Source: Octopus sinensis
Lineage: Eukaryota
Assembly: GCF_006345805.1 (NCBI RefSeq)
Contig: NC_043006.1
Location: 8,308,001 to 8,372,000, forward strand
Direction: 5' to 3'
Length of the DNA stretch: 64,000 nt
In this document: positions 11,971 through 24,983 of the stretch, piece after piece
Position numbering within the stretch: the stretch's first letter is position 1
How the letters are laid out: every line of letters starts with the position of its first letter
Program-made: the position numbers and the translations under genes
The notes under the pieces: generated by a model
Database searches by the model: none
Seen by the model: the letters and a program-made list of their open reading frames with translations, nothing else
Told to the model about the DNA's origin: nothing

Positions 11971-12710
11971 TGGAAAAAGATATACCATAGATTTTCATAT
12001 TATTTTATGTTGAGTGTAGCGAGCAAATCCACTAACAGCTAAATGGTTTTTTTTTTTGAAAGAACGTGGTATAAATCTTACAAAGGTGTGGTGCGGAAGG
12101 TAATATGTTTATCGAAATTATTATAAAAATGAAAATAAGAATAAAGAATAAGGTAGGGTAATAAAACATCTACATCTCTAAAGTATAATTATGTATCGCA
12201 TAAAAATAATTGCGAATGTAGATATAAATGCATAGATAGTAATATATTAGGGGTAGTTATTAATACTATAAATGAAGCAGTATATTAATTAATGCTACCG
12301 TAAACGAAGAAATAATAATGAACAGAAAGCTTAAGGTGAATATATATAAAAATGGTTTGTAATTATTGAAGTAATTAAGGTGTATATGCGAACAAAATAA
12401 ATATAAGAAGGCTTTTAGGTGAAAAAAATATTTTTGAGTGCCTTATATACAATACATACTTTTATATAATAGATAATTTATATGTATAGAGATAAAACAA
12501 AAGTACAACAAGCATTAAATAAAATAATATAGAATAGATCAGTGAATAGGCAAATGAGAATTTGTTATCACGCAAATATAAACATGTTTATATATATATA
12601 TATATATAATATATATATATATAGATATATATATAGATATATATATATATATATATGAAAAAACAACAAGTCAAGATAGAAAATGCTAAAATAATTTTAT
12701 AAAGAACATT

Positions 12711-12750
12711 TCAGTACGGTTTCAGTCATTTTGAGACATCTTCAACTGTA
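12711..12750 (-). ncRNA. Degenerate hammerhead-like motif
   Basis: CAG-UUGAAGA-UGUC ucaaaau GACU-GAAA-CCG-UA-CUG; C3 replaced by U. Confidence 0.4.
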
Positions 12751-13810
12751 ACGATTAAATAATTAAATTTAGAAAAATTAAAATAAAAGTTTTTTAAAAA
12801 GAATATTTGTATAGTGTCCAAATATAAGTGGCATTTTCCTTGTTTCTGCGTTTCTCTGTCTCTCTTGTTTACACTTGTAGGTTCGAGGTCATATATATAA
12901 TTATTTGTGGGCAAAAGACGTACTCAAAATTTGTGTGAAATTGATTTGTAGAGTATATTGTAACCTAAAACTTATAAGGACTTAGGGGTATATAAATTTA
13001 ATGTTAAAATGTATGCATTACGTATTATATATAGTCACCCTTAGGAGTATATTAAGTTCAATAGTGTTTAACAGAGGTAGAATCAAATACTTAACCAATA
13101 CAGTAATGAGTAAATAATTATATAAAAACATAAATAGATAAGTAAAAGTATACTTAATATACGTATATATTTCTAATATGCAGGAGATTAACATCCTTAA
13201 AATTTATATTGAATCGATCAAATGAAAAATGAAAGCAAAAACAAAAATCCATTTGTGAAAATAGCGTTCTATGAAGTAAGCCTAGGTAAAGGGAAAAAAC
13301 AATTTAGTATGGAGTGGAGTGAGGAGAGAGTGAAGAGGAAAATAAAATATGGAGGGAGTAAATCAAAGTTTTCAAGTAAAGGTATAAAATGTGTCAATAC
13401 GCCAAAATTTAATAATAATTGCTTTTAATGAGGTTGACTTCGATATCGGAAATAAGAATTTAATTTGGAGAGAAAAAGGTAAATAACAAGACAGGGGGAA
13501 AGAAAAGAGTAACAGGTGTAAAGCTATATAATATAAAGTGGAAGTTCGTCAATGAAAAATAATATATTTAAGTATAATTTATGAAATAAAACGCCATAGT
13601 TATTATTGAACTGTACCTTGTTTTCAATAAATAAAATAAATAAAGGGGTTAATAAACTTATTAACAAGGAGAATTAATTTCAGTTTGTATGTATTGTTCA
13701 ATATATGTAAATAAGTTTCGGTCAAGGGGAGGTAAATAAAGGTAGCAATGTAGAAAAATTAATTAAAATGAATTAGACATTATGAATAAGTGGGTAAGTT
13801 AAAAGATAAA

Positions 13811-13898
<88 letters not shown>

Positions 13899-14102
13899 AG
13901 CTCAATAAGTAAATAGTTAAATTGATAAATAAATCAATAATAAATAATTAATAAATACATAAATAAATATTAAATAACTAAATCAAGGTAATAAATTGGC
14001 TACATAAGATTAATTTTAGTTACTATACTGGGAGATGGGTACATGGTGTTATGTGGATAAGATGTGCTTATAAGATTATAAAGGGTTAAAATAATAAACA
14101 TA

Positions 14103-14523
14103 GGCGTAGGAGTGGCTGTGTGGTAAGTAGCTTGCTTACCAACCACATGGTTCTGGATTCAGTCCCACTTCGTGGCACCTTGGGCAAGTGTCTTCTACTA
14201 TATCCTCGGGCCGGCCATAGCCTTGTGAGTGGATTTGGTAGACGGAAACTGGAAGAAGCCCGTCGTATATATGCATGTATATATATATGTGTGTGTGTGT
14301 ATATATTTGTGTGTCTGTGTTTGTCCCTGCAACGTCGCTTTCAACCGATGCTGGTGTGTTTACGTCCCCGTAACTTAGCGGTTCGGCTAGAGAGACCGAT
14401 AGAATAAGTACTGGGCTTACAAAGAATAAGTCCTGGGGGCGATTTGCTCGACTAAAGGCGGTGCTCCAGCATGGCCACAGTCAAATGACTGAAACAAGTA
14501 AAAGAGTAAAAGAATAAAAGAAT
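14103..14523 (+). mobile_element. SINE family A, full length
   Basis: GGCGTAGGAGTGGCTGTGTGGTAAG (A box), GATTCAGTCCC (B-box-like), internal TA/TG tract, tail GAAACAAG(TAAAAGAG)n. Confidence 0.92.
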
Positions 14524-14879
14524 AACTGCATATAATGGTTAAATATGTAAGCAAGGTACATAAATAAAAAAATATAAATAACTGATAGTTAATTAAATAA
14601 AATTAATAAGCTAAATAGGAAGATACAATAATAGGATAGCTCTGTAATGATAAACAGGTAGAAATTATTACAATGGGGTGGAATAATAAGGGGTCATTAT
14701 GAATATAGATCCAGAAAATGAAGGAAGCAAAGTTGTTCTATAATATGTGAATAATTCTTGGGAATGAGAAGTGTAAATGACCAAATAAATCAAAGAGATA
14801 ATAACAGGCGTTGGGGAATAAGATGTTGATATATTAGTGAAAAGAATATGAAATGTTAATTATCAATTTATCTATATTT

Positions 14880-15292
14880 AGAAAAAAACAAGGTCTCTCA
14901 TGTGTAGACAAGAATTATATCGCTAATTTCTAAGAAATGTTAAAAAGAGGGAATTTTGCAGGTAGGATGAAAACATTTTCATGTAAACATAAAAAAAAAA
15001 CATTTCTTGATAAGAAGGTTCAGAGGCTGATATCTCCTATTTTAAATCGTAATGTATATTCTTATCCTTTAACTTCCAGATAAATTTACTTAGTCCGGTA
15101 GAGTTACATTTATGCTTATTCCTAAAAGTGTAAAGATTCGTGAATATGCGTTTATTTTTATTTTGCTTTGCGTGGCTCCGATATAAGAATGTTTATTTCC
15201 TAAAGCTGTAACAGTACTTTGATATGTTACACTTTTTCTTCTGCATGCATTCTAAAGTAAGCAATTATTTCTAATCCTCCAATGACAATTAT
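14880..15292 (-). pseudogene. Penelope-like (Neptune-type) Cys-rich linker plus GIY-YIG endonuclease remnant
   Basis: Manual translation: CHWRIRNNCLL*NACRRKSVTYQSTVTALGNKHSYIGATQSKIK / KRIFTNLYTFRNKHKCNSTGLSKFIWKLKDKNIHYDLK*EI / LCLHENVFIL. Confidence 0.8.
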
Positions 15293-15451
15293 TAGTTATA
15301 TTATTATTAATAAGCATATTAGGTGAGGAAACCTACTAGATATATTGATGTTGTCCTGTAAGAGTGTTTTATTGTGAGGTGTATTATTATTATGGTTATG
15401 TCTGTTAAAAGAATATGCGTTAAAACTAGAAGGATTAAGATAAATAATGTC

Positions 15452-15452
15452 G

Positions 15453-15514
<62 letters not shown>

Positions 15515-15540
15515 GCTGGTGCTGCTGCTGTTGCTACTGC

Positions 15541-15572
<32 letters not shown>

Positions 15573-15605
15573 TTGCTGCTATTATTATTATTAGTAGTAG
15601 TAGTA
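15452..15605. repeat. (CTA)n-(CTG/TTG)n-(ATT)-(AGT) compound microsatellite
   Basis: Directly visible. Confidence 0.9.
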
Positions 15606-15687
15606 TTATAAGCGTTTCTATTTGAGTAGAATATGTCTAATTTGTTATTATTTATACAAGATATGATGGTTGCAAGGTTATGAGTTA

Positions 15688-15747
<60 letters not shown>

Positions 15748-16581
15748 GATATATATATTAATCTTGTATTATTAATCATTTCATGATATCTATTGTTATC
15801 AAAATCTTTACTAATAATCATAAAAATAGATTTTATTAAATTACTCTGAATTTGTTTGGCAAAAGGGATTATCATCCACATTTTATTATATATCATCGTT
15901 AACATTAACTACGGGAGTGTTTTTAACTGTTATATATTTATCATATTTAATATACTTATACGTGTTTCTATTATGTGGTGGGATTTCATGCTTTTTATAA
16001 TTCTTGTGCATGGTATATTTGGTATTAGTTATATATAACTTTTTGGACTTGTTTTTATTATAGTTATTAGTATTATATTTGTTTTCATCAAATATTATAT
16101 TGCTATATATATGTATTTCTTATAGTTTTTAGCTATACGATTATTATTTATATTAGTATTTGTATCTTTTCCTTTAAGTTATTATTGTTGCTGTTGTAGG
16201 GATTTTGTAAATACTTTCAATTATTTTTAATTATGCTAATTGATTGCTAAAGTCTTGAATCGATAATCTCTCAGAGATGATGTCCAATTTTGTAATTAAT
16301 AAATAATTAATAATTTAATTATCTGTATTTTCTTATTTTCCTTTAAAATATATATAAACCCCGGTTGAATATTAAATGCAATGATGAATACATTTTGTAA
16401 TAGGTAATAAACCAGTATATTCATTGGATTTTATTATTCATTAATGAGGTTTTTGACCTTTAATTGAACTTATATATGTATATATACGTGTGTGTGTATG
16501 CACATATATACATATATAATTGAACTATATTATATATATATATATATATATACATATTATATATATATATATATATATTAT

Positions 16582-16622
<41 letters not shown>

Positions 16623-17275
16623 ATAATATATATGCGTGCGTTTATAGATATTTCGTTCTCAAATTATTTCATTAGATCTTAAGCGTATATATATTTTATT
16701 GAAATATTATTAGTGATTATATTCATGATTATATATATATTACTAGTTTTTATATTATAGGATTATATATTTAAAATTTAGACATTTAGACATATGTTGC
16801 GATGGTTTACTTAATATTAATAATTGGGCTTATTCAATACCTTTATGATTATTACGTATATTTGTTGGATGAATTACGTCATCAGAATTGAGTTCATTGA
16901 TAGATTTATAGTGTCTGTATCTAAATTAATATGTATAAAGTTACTCGATTAATTAGTAGGGATCTGCACTCAATTTGATTATTACTACCACTATTAAATA
17001 GATTTTAAGTATTGTATTATCTCACATAAAATAGCGTATTTTATTTATGATTAAATTATGTTAGGTTTGTAAGTATAGTTATATTATGGTATACTAATTA
17101 TACTTAAATTTTAATCTATATCTTCCTAAAATCTGTATTAAAATCAAAATGTATAATATTATTTAGTTAATTAGTTAATGTCAAATGATATTTTTAAGCA
17201 TCCATTAATATATTACATTATTTTATTTTTATTTATTCTAATGCCTTTGCATGTTAACATTCATACTTGGATTAA

Positions 17276-17326
17276 AAGTAGTTATATCATACGATATATA
17301 TTATATATCGTATGATATAACTACTT
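17276..17326. repeat. Perfect inverted repeat with 25-bp arms and a 1-nt spacer
   Basis: AAGTAGTTATATCATACGATATATA-T-TATATATCGTATGATATAACTACTT. Confidence 0.95.
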
Positions 17327-17974
17327 ATATATGTATATATACGTGTATAGTAACTCTTAATATATAAGGTTCATGTTCTCTATTATTATTCAAATGAAAT
17401 GCAATCATTATATGATATAAAATAATATAATATAGTATAGGTTGTTTATATTTGTTATTTCCCATTATTTCAATTTACGTCTGATTTTTGAATTAAGACA
17501 TAGTTACTATGCTCTTTCTGTATTTTTAATGTTAGGTTTAATTTATTATGTGTTTAATGAATTTATTTAATTTTCTAAATTATATCTAGGTTAATCACAA
17601 CAAATTAGAATAGTTTTCTGTTTGGTACCATTTATTATCTATTTAATCATTTTATTTGGGTTTCAAATATTATATTTAGGTTAATCGTTACAAATCTTTT
17701 GATGTTATATGCTTTAACTATTACTACATATTTTATATCTTATTTATATTCATAATTTTCATTTCTAAAGGCATATTCCGAGTAGGGGTCACATGTGTAT
17801 ACTAACAATTTACAGTTTAACATTAATCCCCTAATTAATTAAATTTTGAGTAGTGGTAACGAGCTAAAATATTTTCTTTCTGAGAATTCAATAATTTATG
17901 ATTAGATCTTATTATTTTAAAATTTTCTTTGATGCATAAGTGGGAACCACTTCACGTGGCCAAATGATGTTTGT

Positions 17975-18021
17975 CACACGCTGATGATGGTTTTCAATAC
18001 TCAGAAACCCGGGTCTGTGTG
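17975..18021 (+). ncRNA. Type-I hammerhead ribozyme motif, best-formed copy in the window
   Basis: CACACG-CUGAUGA-UGG uuuucaauac UCA-GAAA-CCCGGG-UC-UGUGUG; 6-bp stem I, palindromic ACCCGGGU stem III, predicted cleavage after C18015. Confidence 0.8.
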
Positions 18022-18499
18022 TATCACGTCAGGCTGGAGATGGGAAGGGTGACTTCCCTTTGCAAATACTGATAGGGCACAGAAAGTGTGTCAGTTGCTA
18101 GCTGGAGGAGATGTTTTCCTGGGGCTACAAGCATTAGCATCAACCCTGAAGGGTTAGCCACATTTAAGTGACAAATATACTTCACAATCATATATTTTAA
18201 TTTAGAGAAAAATATTATAAATCTATCAACGAAATCAATTTTGATGGCGTAATACACCAAATAAATCCACGTAATAATCATAAATGTATAGAGTTAATCC
18301 AAATAAGAAGATTATGTACACCACCACAACATATATCTAAATGCATAAATATGCAATCCTATAATATAGTAATTAGTAATAAATGTAATCACCAATATAA
18401 TTACTTCAATATTCTTTCAATAATATACATATACTCTTATAGTCTAATGAAGCAACTGATAACTTATATCTATATACGCACACGAACGCACATACTAAT

Positions 18500-19173
18500 A
18501 CATAAATAGATAATATACACATGCATCCATGTGTATAAACATTGAAACATGAACATACACGATCGTAAAAAGTATGAAACACGTTTGTATACTCTTTTAC
18601 TTGTTTCAGTCATTTGACTGCGGCCATGCTGGAGCACCGCCTTTAGTCGAGCAAATCGATCTCAGGATTTATTCTTTGTAAGCCTAGTACTTATTCCATC
18701 GGTCTCTTTGCCGAACCGCTAAGTTATGGGGACGTAAACACACCAGCATCGGTTGAAAGCGATGTTGTGTGTGAGAGGGGGATAAACACAGACACAAACA
18801 CACACATATACACACACATATATATATACTTATATACAACGGGCTTCTTTCAGTTTCCGTCTAGCAAATTCACTCACAATGCTTTGGTCGGCTCGAGGCT
18901 ATAGTAGAAAATACTAGCCCAAGGTGACACGCAGTGAGACTGAACCCGGAACCATGTGGTTTGTAAGCAAGCTACTTACCACATAGCCACTCCTGCACCT
19001 ATTTAGATACGTTTGTATCTAAAATATAAATTATATATAATTAATTAACCTCTCTCCAAAGTGAATGCATATTTGAGTACCAATATTATAAATTAGGAAG
19101 AAAACACACAGACATATGTATATATAAACAAGCGCACACATAGCACATAAACAAAGACATCCATTCTTGTTTA

Positions 19174-19217
<44 letters not shown>

Positions 19218-19335
19218 ATCTAAACGCATATATATAGAGGCACACACTATAATCGCATGAACATGGATTTATTTCAGTTAATTTCATCTTCGTACATTCT
19301 GTTTTATTTGCTCTATTTTATTTTATTTCTACTTT
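18500..19335 (-). repeat. Second copy of the 8500-8930 repeat, interrupted by SINE A
   Basis: Reverse-complement homology on both sides of the SINE. Confidence 0.75.
18591..19000 (-). mobile_element. SINE family A, full length, TSD ACGTTTGTAT
   Basis: Reverse complement of family A; ACGTTTGTAT at 18581-18590 and 19009-19018. Confidence 0.9.
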
Positions 19336-19511
19336 TTTTACTGTATATTTATTCTATTTTAACATCTTTATTTATTTTTTATATCTTATATATTTTCTAA
19401 ACTTTATATTTTTGTTTAATTTTTATCTTATCTTTACTTTATTTCTGCTCACATATAACTCATCATTCATTATCATTATTATCATTATTATTATTATTAC
19501 TATTATTATTA

Positions 19512-19576
<65 letters not shown>

Positions 19577-20115
19577 GAGTGAGAGAGCAGTTCATGCCAT
19601 CAAAGTGACACTGGGGTAAAATATACGAAGCCCAATATACCCATCATGACTACCCGTCTGACGAGGGTACACCAGGCACATGCATCACAACCATATGTGC
19701 GCAACATGGTGATCTCATATCAAGGTAAACAGCGCATGACCTTGCAGGTGGGGGCCAGTTAGAAATTTCTTCAGGTCGAGTAGCCCATCCCACTCAAAAG
19801 GTCCCTGAATAAGGGTTGTTTAAGGATATTGAAAGAACCACCCGTGTTTCCAGAGGTGAATTATTCAAACCCCAAAGAATCCCTCTCAACACATGGCTAT
19901 GATGCTCCCCCACTACTTCTGCTCGTGATCAGAGATGCACATATCGTCAGCCACTAAGGGACATACTCAACTGGTTAAGGTCAAACAACTGACAAGCAAA
20001 TCTGTGGTATTGAGCAGAATATTTGCTGTAGGCCATCTTTTATACCAAGACAAAACAATGTACATGATGACACTTCCAATCAGTTAAGATCAGAAGCCAT
20101 GAGAGCCACTGCCTG
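19577..20115 (-). mobile_element. Non-coding element of about 550 bp inserted in (TAA)n (family F)
   Basis: Highly similar to the reverse complement of 46824-47379; flanked by (ATT)n on both sides. Confidence 0.85.
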
Positions 20116-20179
<64 letters not shown>

Positions 20180-20223
20180 TATTATTATATTATATTATAT
20201 TATTATTATTATTATTATTATTA

Positions 20224-20276
<53 letters not shown>

Positions 20277-20279
<3 letters not shown>

Positions 20280-20807
20280 TAGTTTTATTTTTATAGTGTG
20301 CTTTCACTTCACTACCGAGCGCAGCTCTGTGTGCCTTGGGTATGTGCTTTAATTTGTTGTGATGCTCTGATGGTTATTGTATGGAAAGTGTTCTGCGTAG
20401 GATGTGTGCAGTGCCTAGTAATGCAATTTTCTGTATGTTATATGTGTTTGTAAGTCCTGGTGTTTTTGTTATGTATTTGTCTGAATATTTTTTTATCATG
20501 CCTAATGCACCTTCTATGATAGGAATTGTTTCTGTTTTCAGATTCCACATTCTAGTTACCTCTATGTCCAGGTCTTTGTATTTTGAGTGTTTCTCCATTT
20601 CTTTTAGAGACACGTTGTCATCAGCCGGTATTGATACATCAATTAGAAAGCATTTTTTTTCTTCATGATCTCTGACAACTATATCTGGTCTGTTGGCCTT
20701 AATTTCTCTATCTGTGTGTATCAGCATATCCCAGAGTATGGTTGCTTTCTCGTTTTCTGTGACCTTTTCTGGTGTGTGCCTATACCATCTTTTTTCTGTT
20801 GTTATTC
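20277..20807 (-). mobile_element. Dong/R4-type LINE 3' fragment (restriction-like endonuclease plus 3' UTR) in (TAA)n
   Basis: IHTDREIKANRPDIVVRD...FLIDVSIP...EK.SKYKDL...IPII.GALG...IQKIALLGTAHILRR; near-identical to about 34690-35218. Confidence 0.92.
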
Positions 20808-20845
20808 TGTTATTATTATTATTATTATCATTATTATTATTATTA

Positions 20846-20899
<54 letters not shown>

Positions 20900-20905
20900 C
20901 ATTAT

Positions 20906-21985
20906 GAAAGACTCTCAGTTAGTTCCTAATTACTGGTTATTCTTTACTTGAAAGCAGGCAACAACAAATCACCAAAGGTTTCAAGTAGTGCCATCTCCTG
21001 TGACTCAAAGAGACAATACTTTCCTTAGAATGCGAGCTGTACCTAACATTGCTGTCTTCTGGATCACCTCGAGCCTGACAGCAGTTCCAGTATTATTAAT
21101 ATGTTTTTCAAAGCCCTTGGAAACTGCTTCTAATGCTCCAATTACCACCTGTTTCACCATTACTTTCTTCATGCATCATAACTATCCTATTTCGTCCCTC
21201 AGTGGCTGGTAATTCTCACTCTATTTTGTTTCTTTACATTTCACCCTCGAACCGCTTGGTATTGCAACATCTTTTATCTTTACTTATTTTTCATTTTTAT
21301 GGATGAGTACGATATCTGGTCGTATCACGTCTACGATTTGATCACACTGCATTTTAAAATCCCAGAATATTTTGCAATGTTCATTTCCCATTACACCCTC
21401 TGGCTTGTGTTCATAACATTGTTCGGCTGTCTTGAGTTTTGCTTTACTGCACAACAGCCAGTGGTTATATCTGGCCACATTGTCTTGTCTGCTTTTGTAT
21501 TCGCGTTATGCGAGCTAACAGCACTCACTAACAATATAGCTTTCTCCCTTTTCAGAGTACATCCTACACTGTGGTGAGTCAGTGCTATTATCAATGTGAT
21601 ATTTGGAGTAGTTTGTTCTGAGAGTTTGTTCTTGCGCGCTACACACTAATACCTCAGTGGGCTTTTTTAATTCTCCCTTTTGCAGCCATTGCCAGGTTCT
21701 ATTCCAGTCAATCTCATCTTTATTCAAGAACTGACTGTGCATTTTCTTGTCCTGCCAAATTTTCTTCATCTGCTCTCTCTGGCCTTTCTTAAATTGTGTT
21801 GGATCTACGGTTTTGTTCACTTATAAGGTTCCCTGCATATTCGCTGCTTCAGTCATTTCTTCTTTACTCTTCTTGGCATACCAAGCCTGGCTATTCTATT
21901 CCCTTACACAACCTTCACAACACACCACTCTTCGTCCTCCTTCTTTCCTCTTTATATCTCTCTTGGGGAGTAGTTCCTTGTTCAT
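20906..21985 (-). mobile_element. Older Dong/R4-type LINE fragment (CCHC plus RLE endonuclease), different subfamily
   Basis: RKEGGR, WQDKKMHSQF, TWQWLQKGELKKPTEVLVCSAQEQTLRTNY...SPQCRM, IFWDF.MQCD...RPDIV. Confidence 0.88.
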
Positions 21986-22129
21986 TGTCATTAAGTTACG
22001 TGTTCTCCGATCTAACGCACTTACATTTACACAAACATGCATATATAAAGAGGTGCATCAAATTAAGAGGATATTATGCCTAACGACGTAAGATAACATG
22101 TACGTACAATCAGAACTCAGGATGACTTG

Positions 22130-22275
22130 CTGCTGTAACTTTGTAATTCAGCAAAAGAGAGCGATAGAATAAGGTCTAGGCTTTAAAAACTCCTGGGGTG
22201 GATTTTCTCGACTAAAATACTTCAAGACGTTGCTCCATCATGGCCGCAGTCAAATGACTGAAACAAGTAGGAGAA
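22130..22275 (+). mobile_element. SINE family A 3' fragment
   Basis: CAAAAGAGAGCGATAGAATAAG...CATGGCCGCAGTCAAATGACTGAAACAAGTA. Confidence 0.75.
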
Positions 22276-23196
22276 TAAAGGAATAAATATAGGAATCTAG
22301 GTATGTATATTGATGTGTATGATAAATGAATGAATGAATATAGACATTTATTGTGTATGTATATATATTTGTTTACATTTATGTGTATGTATGTATACTT
22401 GCATGTGTCTTTGTTGGTTGTATGTAAGTCCTTGTATATATGTGTGTTGTTTCGTATGTATGTTCTCGTGTATATGAGTAAATTTCTCATTATGTACAAT
22501 GTAACATTTCTAGATTGTTTCCAAGATACGTAAGACATTGTATGAATTCAACGAATATTTGAACCATTATCGAAATATTACTCTTTAATTCCATTTATGG
22601 TTTAATTTATTTAGTAACCAAACTCAAACTGGTAAGACTTCTTTGAATTGTCTATTGACAGTACTATATCATATTATGAATATAATACATTAGCATTGGT
22701 ATTATAACACTACTACAAATATTCACCTCCATTTTCTGACAGACGATAAGCGATATTTCAGAAACGTAACCATTAACACTAATGTTTTCCTTTATTTTCT
22801 TCTGTCGGACATAAAAAAAGGAAAGAAAATTTGCTTAACTCTTTTGTATTCCGTTGAGACCTTTCAGATATCTGAGAGATACTCCATGTATGTAATGTTA
22901 TATGTAATGTAATACATATGTGGTATTATACACAATACATAATATTATTGTTAATATGTAATATATATGATATATTTCGTTCCTTATTGAACATAGTATA
23001 ATACAGTTATATGTAATGTAATATTATATATTAACATCTAATATATGGAAATTGTTAAGGGTACACACAAATACACACACACACTCAGACGCTCACACAA
23101 TACACACACGCAATACACAATATGTGTACATAGAGAAAGAGAGACAAAGAGACATACATAAATACAGACAGAGACAGAGTCAAACAGACAGAGATG

Positions 23197-23227
23197 GATA
23201 GATAGATAGACAGGCAGACAGACAGAC

Positions 23228-23323
<96 letters not shown>

Positions 23324-23348
23324 GGATAGATAGATAGATAGATGGATG

Positions 23349-23428
<80 letters not shown>
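23197..23428. repeat. (GATA)n microsatellite
   Basis: Directly visible. Confidence 0.97.
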
Positions 23429-23429
<1 letters not shown>

Positions 23430-23773
23430 AAGAGGATCAATTAAATGTGGAGCATGTCTAGAAGCAAATCAGCAGTTAAACAACCCTGTTTACGAAGGGG
23501 TTTATTGATGTAGGAATGTCCACTAGTGTTTCATTATCTGTAACTTCAAGAGTCTCCAACTTTGAAGAGAACTTCAATGTGGTGTAAAGAATAACAATAA
23601 AAAAAAGAATGGATTACTACCTGTTACCACCATCTTTCATTAAGAGATATTATTTCATTGTAACATCCGACAGGCAGGTATCTAAGAAGGGCAACGTCTG
23701 CAGGATACTGCATATCACAATAGAGAAACTCACAAACCAACAGACCATACTGCATCGTATAAGAGGAAATAGT

Positions 23774-24539
23774 AAAGCGGTGAACTAGCAGAAACATTAC
23801 CACCCCGGGCGAAATGCTTAGCGGTATTTCGTCTGCCGTTACGATCTGAGTTCAAATTCTGCCGAGGTCGACTTTGCCTTTCATCCTTACGGGGTCGATA
23901 AATTAAGTACCATTTACGCACTATGGTCGATATAATCGACTTAATCCCTTTGTCTGTCCTTGTTTGTCTCCTCTGTGTTTAGCACCTTGTGGGTAGTAAA
24001 GAAATAGGTATTTCGTCTGCCGTTAGGTTCTGAGTTCAAATTCCGCCGAGGTCGACTTTGCCTTTCATCCTTACGGGGTCGATAAATTAAGTACCATTTA
24101 CGCACTAGGGTCGATATAATCGACTTAATCCCTTTGTCTGTCCTTGTTTGTCCCCTCTGAGTTTAGCACCTTTTGGGTAATAATGAAACAGGTATTTCGT
24201 CTGCCGTTACGTTCTGAGTTCAAATTCTGCCAAGGTTGACTTTGCCTTTCATCCTTTAGGGGTCGATAAATTAAGTACCATTTACGCACTAGGGTCGATA
24301 TAATCAACGTAATCCCTTTGTCTGTCCTTGTTTGTCCCCTCTGTGTTTAGCACCTTGTGGGTAGTAAAGAAATAGGTATTTCGTCTGCCGTTACGTTCTG
24401 AGTTCAAATTCTGCCGAGGTCGACTTTGCCTTTCATCCTTTAGAGGTCGATAAATAAAGTACTAGTTGCGTACTGGGGTCGATCTATTCAACTGCCCCCC
24501 TCCCCCATAATTTTCGGGCCTTGTGCCTAGAGTAAAAAA
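23774..24539 (+). mobile_element. SINE family B tetramer (184-bp period) within one perfect 17-bp TSD
   Basis: Units start GGTATTTCGTC at 23823, 24007, 24191, 24375; GTATAAGAGGAAATAGT at 23757-23773 and 24540-24556. Confidence 0.92.
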
Positions 24540-24764
24540 GTATAAGAGGAAATAGTGACGTGCCGATTGACAGGATAGGTTAAGAGCAACATTTTCTCTT
24601 ATGCAATACAAGGACGCCTGGAGATTCGAGAGGTTCACTGTTGTGTTCTGCAATTACTGAAACACGTTGCATTTCATACAAACAAGGTTGTAGGATGTTA
24701 CAATGCAACAGAATCTTTGAATGAAACTATCGTAGTGATACCTTATATATATATATATATATAA

Positions 24765-24983
24765 TTTTAATCCAAACGGGAAAACAAAAAAACAACAACA
24801 ATGGAACAATTACAGTATTATTATTAATAGGCGCTCAGGAAATATGGAAGCAGGAAGGTATGACGTTTCGAGCGGAGCTCTTCGTTGGAAACATAAAGAA
24901 GGAAGAAAGAGGAAAGAAAGATCCTAAAGCGGGCAACAGGAGATGGAGAAAAAACGACTGGTGTTTACGAGTTACACATGGTG

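Larger units (their letters stand above)
11824..16344 (-). mobile_element. Putative decayed Penelope-like element bounded by inverted pLTR-like segments, interrupted by later insertions
   Basis: HHR-containing segment 11824-11970 (-), GIY-YIG remnant 14880-15292 (-), inverted partial copy of the terminal segment at 16243-16344 (+). Confidence 0.55.

Noticed and set aside
19658-19680. CTGACGA-GGGTACACC as a hammerhead
   Set aside because: No downstream GAAA/UH, and the sister copy reads CTGATAA
23823-24539. CRISPR-like or satellite array; retrozyme
   Set aside because: No unique spacers; units are SINE bodies; I found no CUGANGA/GAAA hammerhead core on either strand of the 184-bp unit
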